Positions 28,443 through 37,104 of a stretch of DNA of 64,000 bases are shown here, in pieces. Source of the DNA: Minisyncoccota bacterium. GTDB taxonomy: Bacteria > Patescibacteriota > Minisyncoccia > Phycocordibacterales > PALSA-1337. The notes under the pieces are model-generated. The model worked only from the letters and a program-made list of their open reading frames with translations, did no database searches and was not told where the DNA came from. The translations under genes were made by a program, and so were the position numbers. Location: positions 848 through 64,847 of the forward strand of contig JAGOQK010000003.1 in the NCBI GenBank assembly GCA_017991475.1, read 5' to 3'. Positions within the stretch are counted from its first letter, which is position 1. Each line of letters starts with the position of its first letter.

Positions 28443-29549
28443 TTACCTATTCATCGGCATCACGAGGTAGAGAAATGTTTGATCTCCTGAAACTGGCTTG
28501 ATAACAACAGGACGATTGAGACCGTTGAGCTGAAGGGATACACTGTCTGCATCAATCGATTGGAATCCATCGATAAGATATCGATAATTGAAATTAATCT
28601 CCATCTTATCACCTGTTAGAGCTGCATCCACGAGTGTTTGGTTCTCTCCAATATCGCTATTTTTAGTCTGTATTTCAAACATTTTTCCTTTTGGATCGAT
28701 GGTGAGATGAACTTGATTGAACTTATCAGAGAAAATGTTTGATATTTTCAAGGAATTGAGAATGTCTTGTTTGAGTGCAACTACTTCCGTTGTGAATGTT
28801 TTAGGAATAATCTGTCTATAATCAGGAAAAACTCCATCTATTACGCGTGATACGATATACACACCATCATGCTCAAATGAAATAAGATTTTTGTTTGCCG
28901 TAACAGTTACCGAACCATTCATGCTTTGAAGGATTCTAATGATATCTTGGGTATTCTTGAATGGAATCAGAGTATCAACAACTTTTGATCCTCCGTCGCT
29001 TTTAACTTTCTTCTCAGCAAGACGAAATGAGTCCGTTGCTGCAAATGTGAGGTATTCCCCATCCTTATATACATAAATGCTTGAAAGCTCTGGTTTAACG
29101 CTCGATATTGAAGCACTATATGCCACAGCGCTCAATCCTTGAACAAACACTTCTGGTGATATTGAATACTCTTGACCATCTGAAACCTTCGGTATTGGGG
29201 GAAAATCCTCAGCAGGAAGGGTTTTTATTACTCCTTTGGACTTATTGGTCTTTATATGGGCATTACCAGATATAACCTCAATTGATATAACCTGATTTTG
29301 ATCATTAGCCTGAGATATAAATGAAGAAAGAGTATGTGCAGGTACTGCAATAGTACCTATTCCATCTGATTTTACTGGAACAGCAACCTCTACACCCACA
29401 TCGAGATTTGTGGCTTTGAATAGTGCAGTATTCTTATCAACTTCAATAAGAATACATGAGAGTACAGGTAATGTCTGGTGCTTTCCTGCTACCCTCTCTA
29501 TGAGTTGGATCGTTTCTCTCAGTTTTTTGAATCCTATGTCTATCTTCAT
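28443..29549 (-). CDS. dnaN: DNA polymerase III beta sliding clamp
   Basis: 368 aa three-domain clamp; N-terminus MKIDIGFKKLRETIQLIERVAGKHQTLPVLSCILIE; located next to dnaA. Confidence 0.9.
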   Translation of the reverse strand: MKIDIGFKKLRETIQLIERVAGKHQTLPVLSCILIEVDKNTALFKATNLDVGVEVAVPVKSDGIGTIAVPAHTLSSFISQANDQNQVISIEVISGNAHIKTNKSKGVIKTLPAEDFPPIPKVSDGQEYSISPEVFVQGLSAVAYSASISSVKPELSSIYVYKDGEYLTFAATDSFRLAEKKVKSDGGSKVVDTLIPFKNTQDIIRILQSMNGSVTVTANKNLISFEHDGVYIVSRVIDGVFPDYRQIIPKTFTTEVVALKQDILNSLKISNIFSDKFNQVHLTIDPKGKMFEIQTKNSDIGENQTLVDAALTGDKMEINFNYRYLIDGFQSIDADSVSLQLNGLNRPVVIKPVSGDQTFLYLVMPMNR

Positions 29550-29776
29550 AGTAGTTTTTAATTTAATTTATCACAGTATGTTATTAGTCCTGTGGGTATG
29601 TGAATAAAGTTATTTAATGGCTCTAAATATGGATACTATAGGAATTATTTATTACACAGCATGTTGAAGAATTTTTTCTCTATATCCCTTTGAATAACTT
29701 CTGTGTATTACTCACCTATTTACCCACACACTTTTCCTATCCTATATACAACCTATTCACATACTTTTCCCCAGTT
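29550..29776. other. Candidate oriC: AT-rich dnaN-dnaA intergenic region with several near-consensus DnaA boxes
   Basis: TGTGGGTAT (29591), TGTGAATAA (29599), TTACCCACA (29719) and TATTCACAT (about 29755) are each within 1-2 mismatches of TTATCCACA; region is AT-rich and sits between dnaN and dnaA. Confidence 0.4.
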
Positions 29777-31123
29777 TTATAACATCGTACGAACCTGGGT
29801 AATTTCTTGGGAAAGCAACTGATCAGTCTTCATCTCTTCACGCATCTTTTCATATGAGTGAATAACAGTAGTGTGATCTCTTCCTCCAAGCTTTTCTCCA
29901 ATTGAGGGGAATGATATGCCAAAATCCTCTCTCAATATATACATAACCACCTGGCGTGGTCTCACCACCTCCTTGCGTCTCGTTTTGTTGTAGATACTAT
30001 CCTCGTCGATGTTGTAGAATTCCGATACAATCTTCACTACATCCTTCACAGACATCATTTTCTTCGGTTTTACGTTGTTTTTGAGTATATTTTTGATTTC
30101 ATTGATACTCAATTCCCTGTTTTTTAGTTGAGTTTGGCATGCAATCACGTTGATAATACCCTCTATTTCGCGGATATTATCCTCAATAGATGATGCTATG
30201 TGGTCGATAACCTCATCAGAGAGAGTGATATTGTGTGGTGCACACTTGCTACGTACGATCATGGTACGAGATTCCTGGTCGGGCTCAGGTATGTCTATGA
30301 TCATTCCTGCATTGAATCTACCCTTGAGGCGATCTTCAAGTCCAGGAATTACATTTGGGTGTTTATCTGACGAGAATACGAGCTGACGAGCGGAATCATA
30401 GAATGTATTGAAAAAGTGGAAGAGTTCTTCTTGGAACTTCTCTTTACCCGCGAAGAATTGTACATCGTCCATGATGATAACATCATATTTTCTGTACTTA
30501 TCTTTGAATAGCTGCACCTTTGCTTCTTGAATAGCGGCAAAAAGCTCAGAACCGAATCTTTCTGAGGTCAGGTAAAACACCTTTTTATCTGGAAATAGCT
30601 TCTTGATCTGGTTCCCTACAGCTTGGATCATGTGTGTCTTACCGCGACCCGTCTGTCCATATATGAACAATGGGTTGTATGACTGCCCAGGAGCCTTCAC
30701 AACACTCTGAGAGGCTGCGTGAGCGACTTCGTTGAAGGGTCCAACCACAAGAGACTCAAATGTATATCGTGGATTGAGGTTATCCTCCTTGTTGATATAG
30801 AAATCTTGTAGGGGCATGGCTAGTGTAGGCATGTTTAGAGCATCCTTTTTGGCTTGATGACCTCCCTTTCCCTCTTCTTTTATGATCACATACTCGAGGG
30901 CACGGACACGCTCGTTCATTTGGCGCAAAATACGCAAGATTGAGTTGTGAAACTTCTTTTGGAGCCATTCATGGGTAAATGAGTTTGGAACTCCGAGGTA
31001 GACTACCCCCTCATCTTCACGGAGTATCTTGATATCTTTGAACCAGGTCGAGAAGTTTGCTTGAGAGACGGCAGTCTCTATCTCTATGAGCGCAGTTTGC
31101 CACATTTTCGTAAAGTCATTCAT
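29777..31123 (-). CDS. dnaA: Chromosomal replication initiator DnaA
   Basis: AAA+ motifs (GQTGRGKTHMIQAVGN, IIMDDVQF), C-terminal DNA-binding domain (YHNITLSDEV..., GGRDHTTVIHSYEKM). Confidence 0.95.
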   Translation of the reverse strand: MNDFTKMWQTALIEIETAVSQANFSTWFKDIKILREDEGVVYLGVPNSFTHEWLQKKFHNSILRILRQMNERVRALEYVIIKEEGKGGHQAKKDALNMPTLAMPLQDFYINKEDNLNPRYTFESLVVGPFNEVAHAASQSVVKAPGQSYNPLFIYGQTGRGKTHMIQAVGNQIKKLFPDKKVFYLTSERFGSELFAAIQEAKVQLFKDKYRKYDVIIMDDVQFFAGKEKFQEELFHFFNTFYDSARQLVFSSDKHPNVIPGLEDRLKGRFNAGMIIDIPEPDQESRTMIVRSKCAPHNITLSDEVIDHIASSIEDNIREIEGIINVIACQTQLKNRELSINEIKNILKNNVKPKKMMSVKDVVKIVSEFYNIDEDSIYNKTRRKEVVRPRQVVMYILREDFGISFPSIGEKLGGRDHTTVIHSYEKMREEMKTDQLLSQEITQVRTML

Positions 31124-31208
31124 AGGATTTGGTGCCTATAAGTATATACCTGTTTATAGATTTGCAAACTTGTGGAGAATCAAAATTTATGTTGATAAGT
31201 TGGGGACA

Positions 31209-31328
31209 ACTGAAACACAGTGGTGTGCGTGTGTTTTCTCAGTGTCATGTTTATGATTGAGCACTAAGCTTAAAAAGACTGATAAAGCATGACACTGAGA
31301 AAACACACGCACACCACTGTGTTTCAGT
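31209..31328. repeat. Long perfect inverted repeat (41-bp arms, 38-nt loop), hairpin family member C, in the dnaA-rpmH intergenic region
   Basis: ACTGAAACACAGTGGTGTGCGTGTGTTTTCTCAGTGTCATG ... CATGACACTGAGAAAACACACGCACACCACTGTGTTTCAGT; loop TTTATGATTGAGCACTAAGC... Confidence 0.9.
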
Positions 31329-31383
31329 AGCAATAGTAGTAACAACTTGCGAAATTATGAGTTTTGATTTATAGTATGCACCT

Positions 31384-31518
31384 ATGTCATTCACCTATAA
31401 CCCAAACAAGCGCAAACGCGCAAAGTCGCACGGATTTCGCGTCCGCATGAAGACCGCTCCTGGCCGCAAGGTTCTTGCACGCCGTCGTGCAAAGGGTCGT
31501 TCACGCGTCGCCGTATAA
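31384..31518 (+). CDS. rpmH: 50S ribosomal protein L34
   Basis: 44-aa [47 protein letters not shown] (not in the 60-aa ORF track); canonical L34; followed by rnpA. Confidence 0.9.
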   Translation: MSFTYNPNKRKRAKSHGFRVRMKTAPGRKVLARRRAKGRSRVAV

Positions 31519-31521
31519 GCT

Positions 31522-31857
31522 ATGCTTTCTCGTTCTCAGAGAATCTCTGTTGAACAATTCAACTCCATCATGGAAAAAGGAAGGGTCTCCCACTCTTCCC
31601 TTTTTCTCATACGAGCAGTCTCAGGAAGAGACGACATTCGTATTGCTGCAGTGACACCCCAGAAAGTATTCAAAACCGCCGTTCTCCGCAATAGAGTGCG
31701 TCGCAGAATGTATGAAGCTATTCGATTTATAGCGATGAATATAAAACCCGGCACACAGGTCATCGTTTTTGCCAAGGCGGCAGCATCTGATAAGAAGCCG
31801 ATTGAGCTCGGGGCTGACATGAAAAATCTCTTTGTGAAAGCGGGTATTTTGGTGTAG
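31522..31857 (+). CDS. rnpA: RNase P protein component
   Basis: 111 aa basic protein directly after rpmH; FLIRAV...RNRVRRRMYEA motif. Confidence 0.85.
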   Translation: MLSRSQRISVEQFNSIMEKGRVSHSSLFLIRAVSGRDDIRIAAVTPQKVFKTAVLRNRVRRRMYEAIRFIAMNIKPGTQVIVFAKAAASDKKPIELGADMKNLFVKAGILV

Positions 31858-31858
31858 T

Positions 31859-32596
31859 ATGAGCTTTATGTACAATGAACTTATTTTTCGCCCCCTTTAT
31901 AACGGCCTTGTGGGTATCATGGACCTCGTGCCCTGGATCGATGTGGGCATCGCAGTTATCATATTTACGGTGATAGTTAAGCTCATACTCTACCCTCTTT
32001 CAAAATCCTCCCTTCTTACTCAAGTGAAAATGAAGGAGGTTGAGCCTGATGCCGCGAAGATTCGTGCTCAATATAGCTCTGATAAGCAGACCCAGGCACT
32101 CAAGATTATGGAGCTCTACAAGTCGCGAGGAGTCAAGCCTTTTGCGGGAATATTACTCGTGCTCATACAACTCCCTATCCTTTTTGCGATCATCTCCGTT
32201 TTCTATAAGATCATTCCAGAGATTCGTCCAGAATATCTCTATAGCTTCGTCTCCATTCCTGTGGTTAAGACACACTTCCTTGGTCTCATAGATCTCACAC
32301 AAAAGAGTCTTATATTGTCGTTGATTACCGCAGGAATCCAGTATTTTCAACTCAAGTATTCACTCGCTTCGCGCCCTACCGCTCCTTCAGATGCAAGTGA
32401 TACTGCAAGCCAGATATCGAACTCCATGAACAAGCAGATGAAATATTTGCTCCCTATTCTCGCCTTCGCGTCGACATATTGGCTCATCCCTGCCCAGTTC
32501 CCTCAGGCAGCAGCTATCATCGCGGTGTACTGGTCAGTAAGCACTCTGTTTACTCTCGGACAAGAGCTTTATATTCGCAAGAAACACATCAAGTAA
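31859..32596 (+). CDS. yidC: YidC/Oxa1-family membrane protein insertase (short form)
   Basis: 245 aa, 5 TM; conserved ...MELYKSRGVKPFAGILLVLIQLPILFAI... region; canonical position after rnpA. Confidence 0.85.
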   Translation: MSFMYNELIFRPLYNGLVGIMDLVPWIDVGIAVIIFTVIVKLILYPLSKSSLLTQVKMKEVEPDAAKIRAQYSSDKQTQALKIMELYKSRGVKPFAGILLVLIQLPILFAIISVFYKIIPEIRPEYLYSFVSIPVVKTHFLGLIDLTQKSLILSLITAGIQYFQLKYSLASRPTAPSDASDTASQISNSMNKQMKYLLPILAFASTYWLIPAQFPQAAAIIAVYWSVSTLFTLGQELYIRKKHIK

Positions 32597-32632
32597 AATT
32601 CTAAACCCTAAGATTAGATCTTAGGGTTTTAT

Positions 32633-33958
32633 CTAATTACTTGAAATCAAATCCAGAGACCATAACGATAAGTCATTCTTGTTCATGAAGAACAGAAAGT
32701 CGTCTTTTTGATCGAGTCCGAGGTTGAAGGCGTCAATGATGCGATTTGAAGTATCTATGATGGAAGATAGGAGTTTGATCTCTCCTGTCACACCATTGAT
32801 CTGCCATATCTTGTCGACCGTAGAAACAGTTCCCGCATACCAATCATCAGGATACACTCCATCTACCGGCTGTGCGGGCGTCGCACAGTAGACCATCTCC
32901 TTGTAGAAATTACCCCAAACGCACTTATCTGCAAGTGTCCTCACGATAGCATCTATCCCCTTTTTGTCAGCGACTGTATATACGCTGGTGAGCACATTCT
33001 TGTTACTGCCCGTGGTGGAGACGATGACACGCTTAGCATCAGAACTTACGCGCGTGCTTATACCTGCGAGTGGCCCGAGTATTTTGTTCCAGACGCCAGT
33101 CTTTGCATTGACGAAATAGAGGTATCCACCCTCAGTGGCAGTCCCCCTGGTAGTGAGAGCTATTGTATTCTCCTCTGGCCACTCGGCATTGAGTTGAGTG
33201 AGGGGTGTACTGAATATCTGAGTCACTGATTTACCGTCGAATGTAGAAACATACCCCGTACCCATCCCGTTCTCATTTACAAGCATGAAAAGTTTATCTT
33301 TCTTTGGCGATGCCGCGTAGGTGATGATGTTTTCAGGAAGATTCTTGCCCTTGAGCTCATATGGGGTGATTGTTTGACCATCGGCCCCTACACCGAGGCT
33401 TTGCGGAGGGGTGCTGCTTGCTGAGGTGCTCGTGGCGACTTTGGGAAGTATGCGAGCCTTGATATCTGCATAAACCGAGCTTATCGAGGTTTCCGCTTCG
33501 TCGAGGCTCGAGGCTATGAATGCGCTCGCATCCTTGTTCCACACACTCTGATATATCCTCGGTACGACGGTGTTCGATAGTGTCGTGACAGCGAGAGTGT
33601 CTCCCTTGGTTTCGTAGATATTGCCACGCCCACGATCCACCCAGCGGATGACTGTGGTACTAGCGGTCGTACTTGCAGCATATCCACCGACGGGGGTGGC
33701 GCTTAGGAGGCGAAGTGCAGGTATCTTGGCTGGAGTTGTGGTATCGGTAGTTGTTGAAGTCACAGGAGTAGTTCCACCACCGGCATTCTGCTGACCCCCA
33801 CCAGTTGGCGGTCTACCAAAAGGCTGAAATCCTCCCTGCTGGTCACCCGAATTCGACCCCTGCCCTGTCGTATCAGCCGGCATGCGCATGAAGAAATACC
33901 AATACGCCGCGCCAGCGATTATCAGAAGTATGAGGAGTATGGGGAGGATTTTTTTCAT
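32633..33958 (-). CDS. Secreted or anchored hypothetical protein (N-terminal TM, Thr/Gly-rich linker, large C-terminal domain)
   Basis: Last gene of the minus-strand block that contains the VirB4/VirB6-like genes. Confidence 0.45.
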   Translation of the reverse strand: MKKILPILLILLIIAGAAYWYFFMRMPADTTGQGSNSGDQQGGFQPFGRPPTGGGQQNAGGGTTPVTSTTTDTTTPAKIPALRLLSATPVGGYAASTTASTTVIRWVDRGRGNIYETKGDTLAVTTLSNTVVPRIYQSVWNKDASAFIASSLDEAETSISSVYADIKARILPKVATSTSASSTPPQSLGVGADGQTITPYELKGKNLPENIITYAASPKKDKLFMLVNENGMGTGYVSTFDGKSVTQIFSTPLTQLNAEWPEENTIALTTRGTATEGGYLYFVNAKTGVWNKILGPLAGISTRVSSDAKRVIVSTTGSNKNVLTSVYTVADKKGIDAIVRTLADKCVWGNFYKEMVYCATPAQPVDGVYPDDWYAGTVSTVDKIWQINGVTGEIKLLSSIIDTSNRIIDAFNLGLDQKDDFLFFMNKNDLSLWSLDLISSN

Positions 33959-33960
33959 AC

Positions 33961-35394
33961 TTAAAGAGTTAAACTTCCTGAGGGGGTGTCATACACGTTG
34001 GGAATAGGCTGAATTATTTTATCAGTACCATCTCCTTTGCCACCAAAAGCTTTTATTATTTCGTAGGCTTGCTCTTTGAACTTTGCTCGTGAATCAGGAT
34101 CCTTGATCGTTTTGTTTGCTTCAACTCTATTTATTTCCTCCTGTATATCAGATATTGCCCGGTTTGCGCTTTCTTGATTTACATCACGAGCAATACCTTT
34201 CCCGACGACAGAAGCAACGGCGGTGCCGGCAATATATCCTACACCCGCCCCAACTCCACCTCCAGTTCCCGCCCCAACAATAACAGCCCCACTCGCTATC
34301 GTGGCTTGCAGGGTCTCGATGGTGGCTATGCCATAAGGATTCCACGAAGTCGCATGTCCAATTGTTGAATAAATTTTAGACATTGACTTTGAATATGCAG
34401 CAAAATCCTGTAGTTCAGCTATAGATTGCGTCTGGCCATTTTCCTGCAATAGCCTCGTATATTTGGCGAGATGCTCATCGATTTTTTGTGCGCATTCAGC
34501 GGGCGACATCTTTGATTGGCCGCCGACTACATTGCCACAATCCTGCATTGCGATATTCATCATACCGACCCCTGTGTTCAACTCGATAGTTCCAGTAAGT
34601 TCCAATTCTTGGTTTTTATTATCAGTGATTTGAACACACAAATCCTCCTCCTCCGAGGTCAAATCAGTATCTGAACATCGATCCAAAATCTGCGCTTCAG
34701 ATGATACGCCAAGTATACCCTCGGCTTCTGAAATGAGAATAGCCCGTTCACTCCTCAAGGATTTAATAGATTCACCGAGTGCATTATTTGCGCGCCTCAG
34801 ATTGGTTACCCTATCTTTCAATGTTGCCATATCGCTCGCGAGCGTATCTGCGGCAGTCTTGGATAATTGACTGAAAAAACTAACTGTCGCACCCTTCTCA
34901 TATTTAATATCAAGCGGCTTTACAAGCGTCGAAGGGATATCAACAAGACGAGGATCTATGGTTCTCAGGATCAAATACGAACAGAGCACCAACAAAAGTC
35001 CCTGGAGTGCTTGGAAAATCATCTTTTTACCTTCATTTTTTCCCAGGAATGAGTCAGTGGTTACATACTTGAATCCTCCGGCGACAATAACGAGTACTGC
35101 GGCGACTGCAGAGAGGGCGATGATAAGGTTGAAGATGTAGCGCACATAGTCACCAAAATTCACCTTCTCTACCAGCGTGTTTTCTGCACATTTTTGAGTT
35201 CCGTCATTGAGACAAGGCAGGGGCTCTAGAAGCGTATAGGTTGCAACAGGATTGTCTTGAGGGTTGCTTGAAGTATTTGCGGCAGTGTCAGCATGAGTGA
35301 TCGAGGGGGTGACGAGCATGCCGACAGCGATGAAGATTGTAAAGACGGATCCTGCGATGGTTAATAATATGTTTTTGTTCATAGATGTATTCAT
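33961..35394 (-). CDS. VirB2/TrbC-like (signal peptide + two-TM hairpin) protein fused to a long coiled-coil/Gly-zipper C-terminal region
   Basis: Signal peptide, then TM pair (YIFNLIIALSAVAAVLVIVAGGF ... MIFQALQGLLLVLCSYLILRTI) as in T4SS pilins, then about 330 extra residues including GAGTGGGVGAGVGYIAGTAVASVVG. Confidence 0.4.
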   Translation of the reverse strand: MNTSMNKNILLTIAGSVFTIFIAVGMLVTPSITHADTAANTSSNPQDNPVATYTLLEPLPCLNDGTQKCAENTLVEKVNFGDYVRYIFNLIIALSAVAAVLVIVAGGFKYVTTDSFLGKNEGKKMIFQALQGLLLVLCSYLILRTIDPRLVDIPSTLVKPLDIKYEKGATVSFFSQLSKTAADTLASDMATLKDRVTNLRRANNALGESIKSLRSERAILISEAEGILGVSSEAQILDRCSDTDLTSEEEDLCVQITDNKNQELELTGTIELNTGVGMMNIAMQDCGNVVGGQSKMSPAECAQKIDEHLAKYTRLLQENGQTQSIAELQDFAAYSKSMSKIYSTIGHATSWNPYGIATIETLQATIASGAVIVGAGTGGGVGAGVGYIAGTAVASVVGKGIARDVNQESANRAISDIQEEINRVEANKTIKDPDSRAKFKEQAYEIIKAFGGKGDGTDKIIQPIPNVYDTPSGSLTL

Positions 35395-35401
35395 GGCTAT
35401 A

Positions 35402-36463
35402 TTAGAATGTTACTTCATTCTCTGTTGCTGTATCACCGCTGAATGATGCTGAAAATCCCCCGCTCGCACCTTGTAGAATCTTGTCAGTGTTTCTGATATC
35501 GAGGCGTATGTTGGATGTACCTGCAGATCCCTCGGGTGCGCGTAATACTACTGACTGACTTGATGAAAGCTCGGTACGCTTCACGCTGTTGATGAGCCAT
35601 GTCAGCGCGAGATTTCCGATACCATCTGCTGGTTTATTGAAGCCAAATGGTACCGCGAGCACAGAGGTCTCCTTTTCAGAACCAATGCGCACCGTATTTT
35701 TTACTGCTTTGTTAAAGAAAGTGCCATAGAGCGGGTCGGTAACATAGAAGCCTATTGAAGGACTTGTTGCAGCTATGGATATGCTCCCTTGGCCCTGTGC
35801 TGCACTATCGCGCGCAGCTACAGACACAGTCACATCGTAGGGTCGTGGGACGATATCTCCAGCGAGATAGATGGATTGTTTACCGTATCCTGACTGGTTT
35901 TGGAGCACTGTACTCCCTTTCTTCCACGTGTATACGAGTGTTTTCGGATCGTACTCTGTGCCACTCGCTGTGGCGAGATGTGGAACAGCGATTATTTTGA
36001 CTATATTCTGATAACGCGGCGATATCTTGCCCAAGAAAAGTGGATGAACATAACCATCAGATTCGACGAGCATGTCTATAGAGCTGGCTGTTATAGTGAT
36101 CGAATCAGACATACTCGTGCCGATAGTTGGACGAGCAGTTATCGAAACTACAAGCGACTTTCCGAGCTCAGGCGCAATGACTTTAACCGTTTTCAAACCG
36201 ACACCGCTCTGGACAGCTTTACCATTTATAGACCACGATACGGTAGACGAATCGATATCGATTGAATAACTCTTGAGGGTGATAGTTACTTCCTGTCCTG
36301 GGTATGGGTTGGGCGAAGATGTTTCGATGACGAGCCCGCTTATACCGGCTGGTATCGCTTGGGCGAATAGGTATGAGGTATGAGGTGTGAGGCATGAAGC
36401 AAAAAACACAAAACAAAATAGCAGTACTACTATGGATGAGAAATGAGAAAAACGAGAGTTCAT
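35402..36463 (-). CDS. Secreted hypothetical protein (signal peptide; beta-rich, Ig-like repeats likely)
   Basis: Start placed at MNSRFSHFSSIVVLLFCFVFFAS signal peptide; within the T4SS-like block. Confidence 0.5.
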   Translation of the reverse strand: MNSRFSHFSSIVVLLFCFVFFASCLTPHTSYLFAQAIPAGISGLVIETSSPNPYPGQEVTITLKSYSIDIDSSTVSWSINGKAVQSGVGLKTVKVIAPELGKSLVVSITARPTIGTSMSDSITITASSIDMLVESDGYVHPLFLGKISPRYQNIVKIIAVPHLATASGTEYDPKTLVYTWKKGSTVLQNQSGYGKQSIYLAGDIVPRPYDVTVSVAARDSAAQGQGSISIAATSPSIGFYVTDPLYGTFFNKAVKNTVRIGSEKETSVLAVPFGFNKPADGIGNLALTWLINSVKRTELSSSQSVVLRAPEGSAGTSNIRLDIRNTDKILQGASGGFSASFSGDTATENEVTF

Positions 36464-36518
36464 TGACTCTATTTTAGCAATATTATGAGCTATATGCGAT
36501 GAAAAATGTGTATAGGTA

Positions 36519-36953
36519 TCAGTTTTTGAGGCCCCCATTTGGAGGTCGAGTACCGCCCTGGTTCAAAGGTTGCTGTTTTTGGGCTGCTCTGCGCACACCT
36601 CCACTATTGAGGTGTGGTCCGCTAGATAGTGATCCCACAGAGATACCAGTTTTATCCTCGATACGAGTAGTGACCACTATGATAATCATAGCCAAAGTGA
36701 TGGTGGGAAGTGCTTGGATGGCAGGAATGATTTCAGCGATAGCGGAGACACCGCTTGCCGCCAGCCTTTTGCCATTCATGAATCCGAATCCAGACTTGAA
36801 CAAGTATATATTAATGAGGACCCAATAGGTTGGCCCCACAATGATGCCAACAATAGGTATGAGGGTCAGAAGGTCAGCAATGATAGCGGAACCTATAAGC
36901 AGAGCTGCTGCTTTGTTGCTGATACGATTTTTCTTGCCAGATTCTTGTTCCAT
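36519..36953 (-). CDS. Small polytopic membrane protein (3 TM) with Gly-rich C-terminus
   Basis: ORF in the T4SS-like block, directly downstream of hairpin D. Confidence 0.45.
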   Translation of the reverse strand: MEQESGKKNRISNKAAALLIGSAIIADLLTLIPIVGIIVGPTYWVLINIYLFKSGFGFMNGKRLAASGVSAIAEIIPAIQALPTITLAMIIIVVTTRIEDKTGISVGSLSSGPHLNSGGVRRAAQKQQPLNQGGTRPPNGGLKN

Positions 36954-36971
36954 AAGTTCATTATAGCAGAA

Positions 36972-37093
36972 GAGCCCTCATGTACGCGGTACGCATGTTT
37001 TGTGCATGTCATGTTTAGGATTGAACACTAGAAATAATGTTACCTACTAAGCATGACATGCACAAAACATGCGTACCGCGTACATGAGGGCTC
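36972..37093. repeat. Long perfect inverted repeat (42-bp arms, 38-nt loop), hairpin family member D, inside the T4SS-like gene block between the VirB4-like gene and the next gene
   Basis: GAGCCCTCATGTACGCGGTACGCATGTTTTGTGCATGTCATG ... CATGACATGCACAAAACATGCGTACCGCGTACATGAGGGCTC; loop TTTAGGATTGAACACTAGAAATAATGTTACCTACTAAG. Confidence 0.9.
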
Positions 37094-37104
37094 GTACCTC
37101 AATA

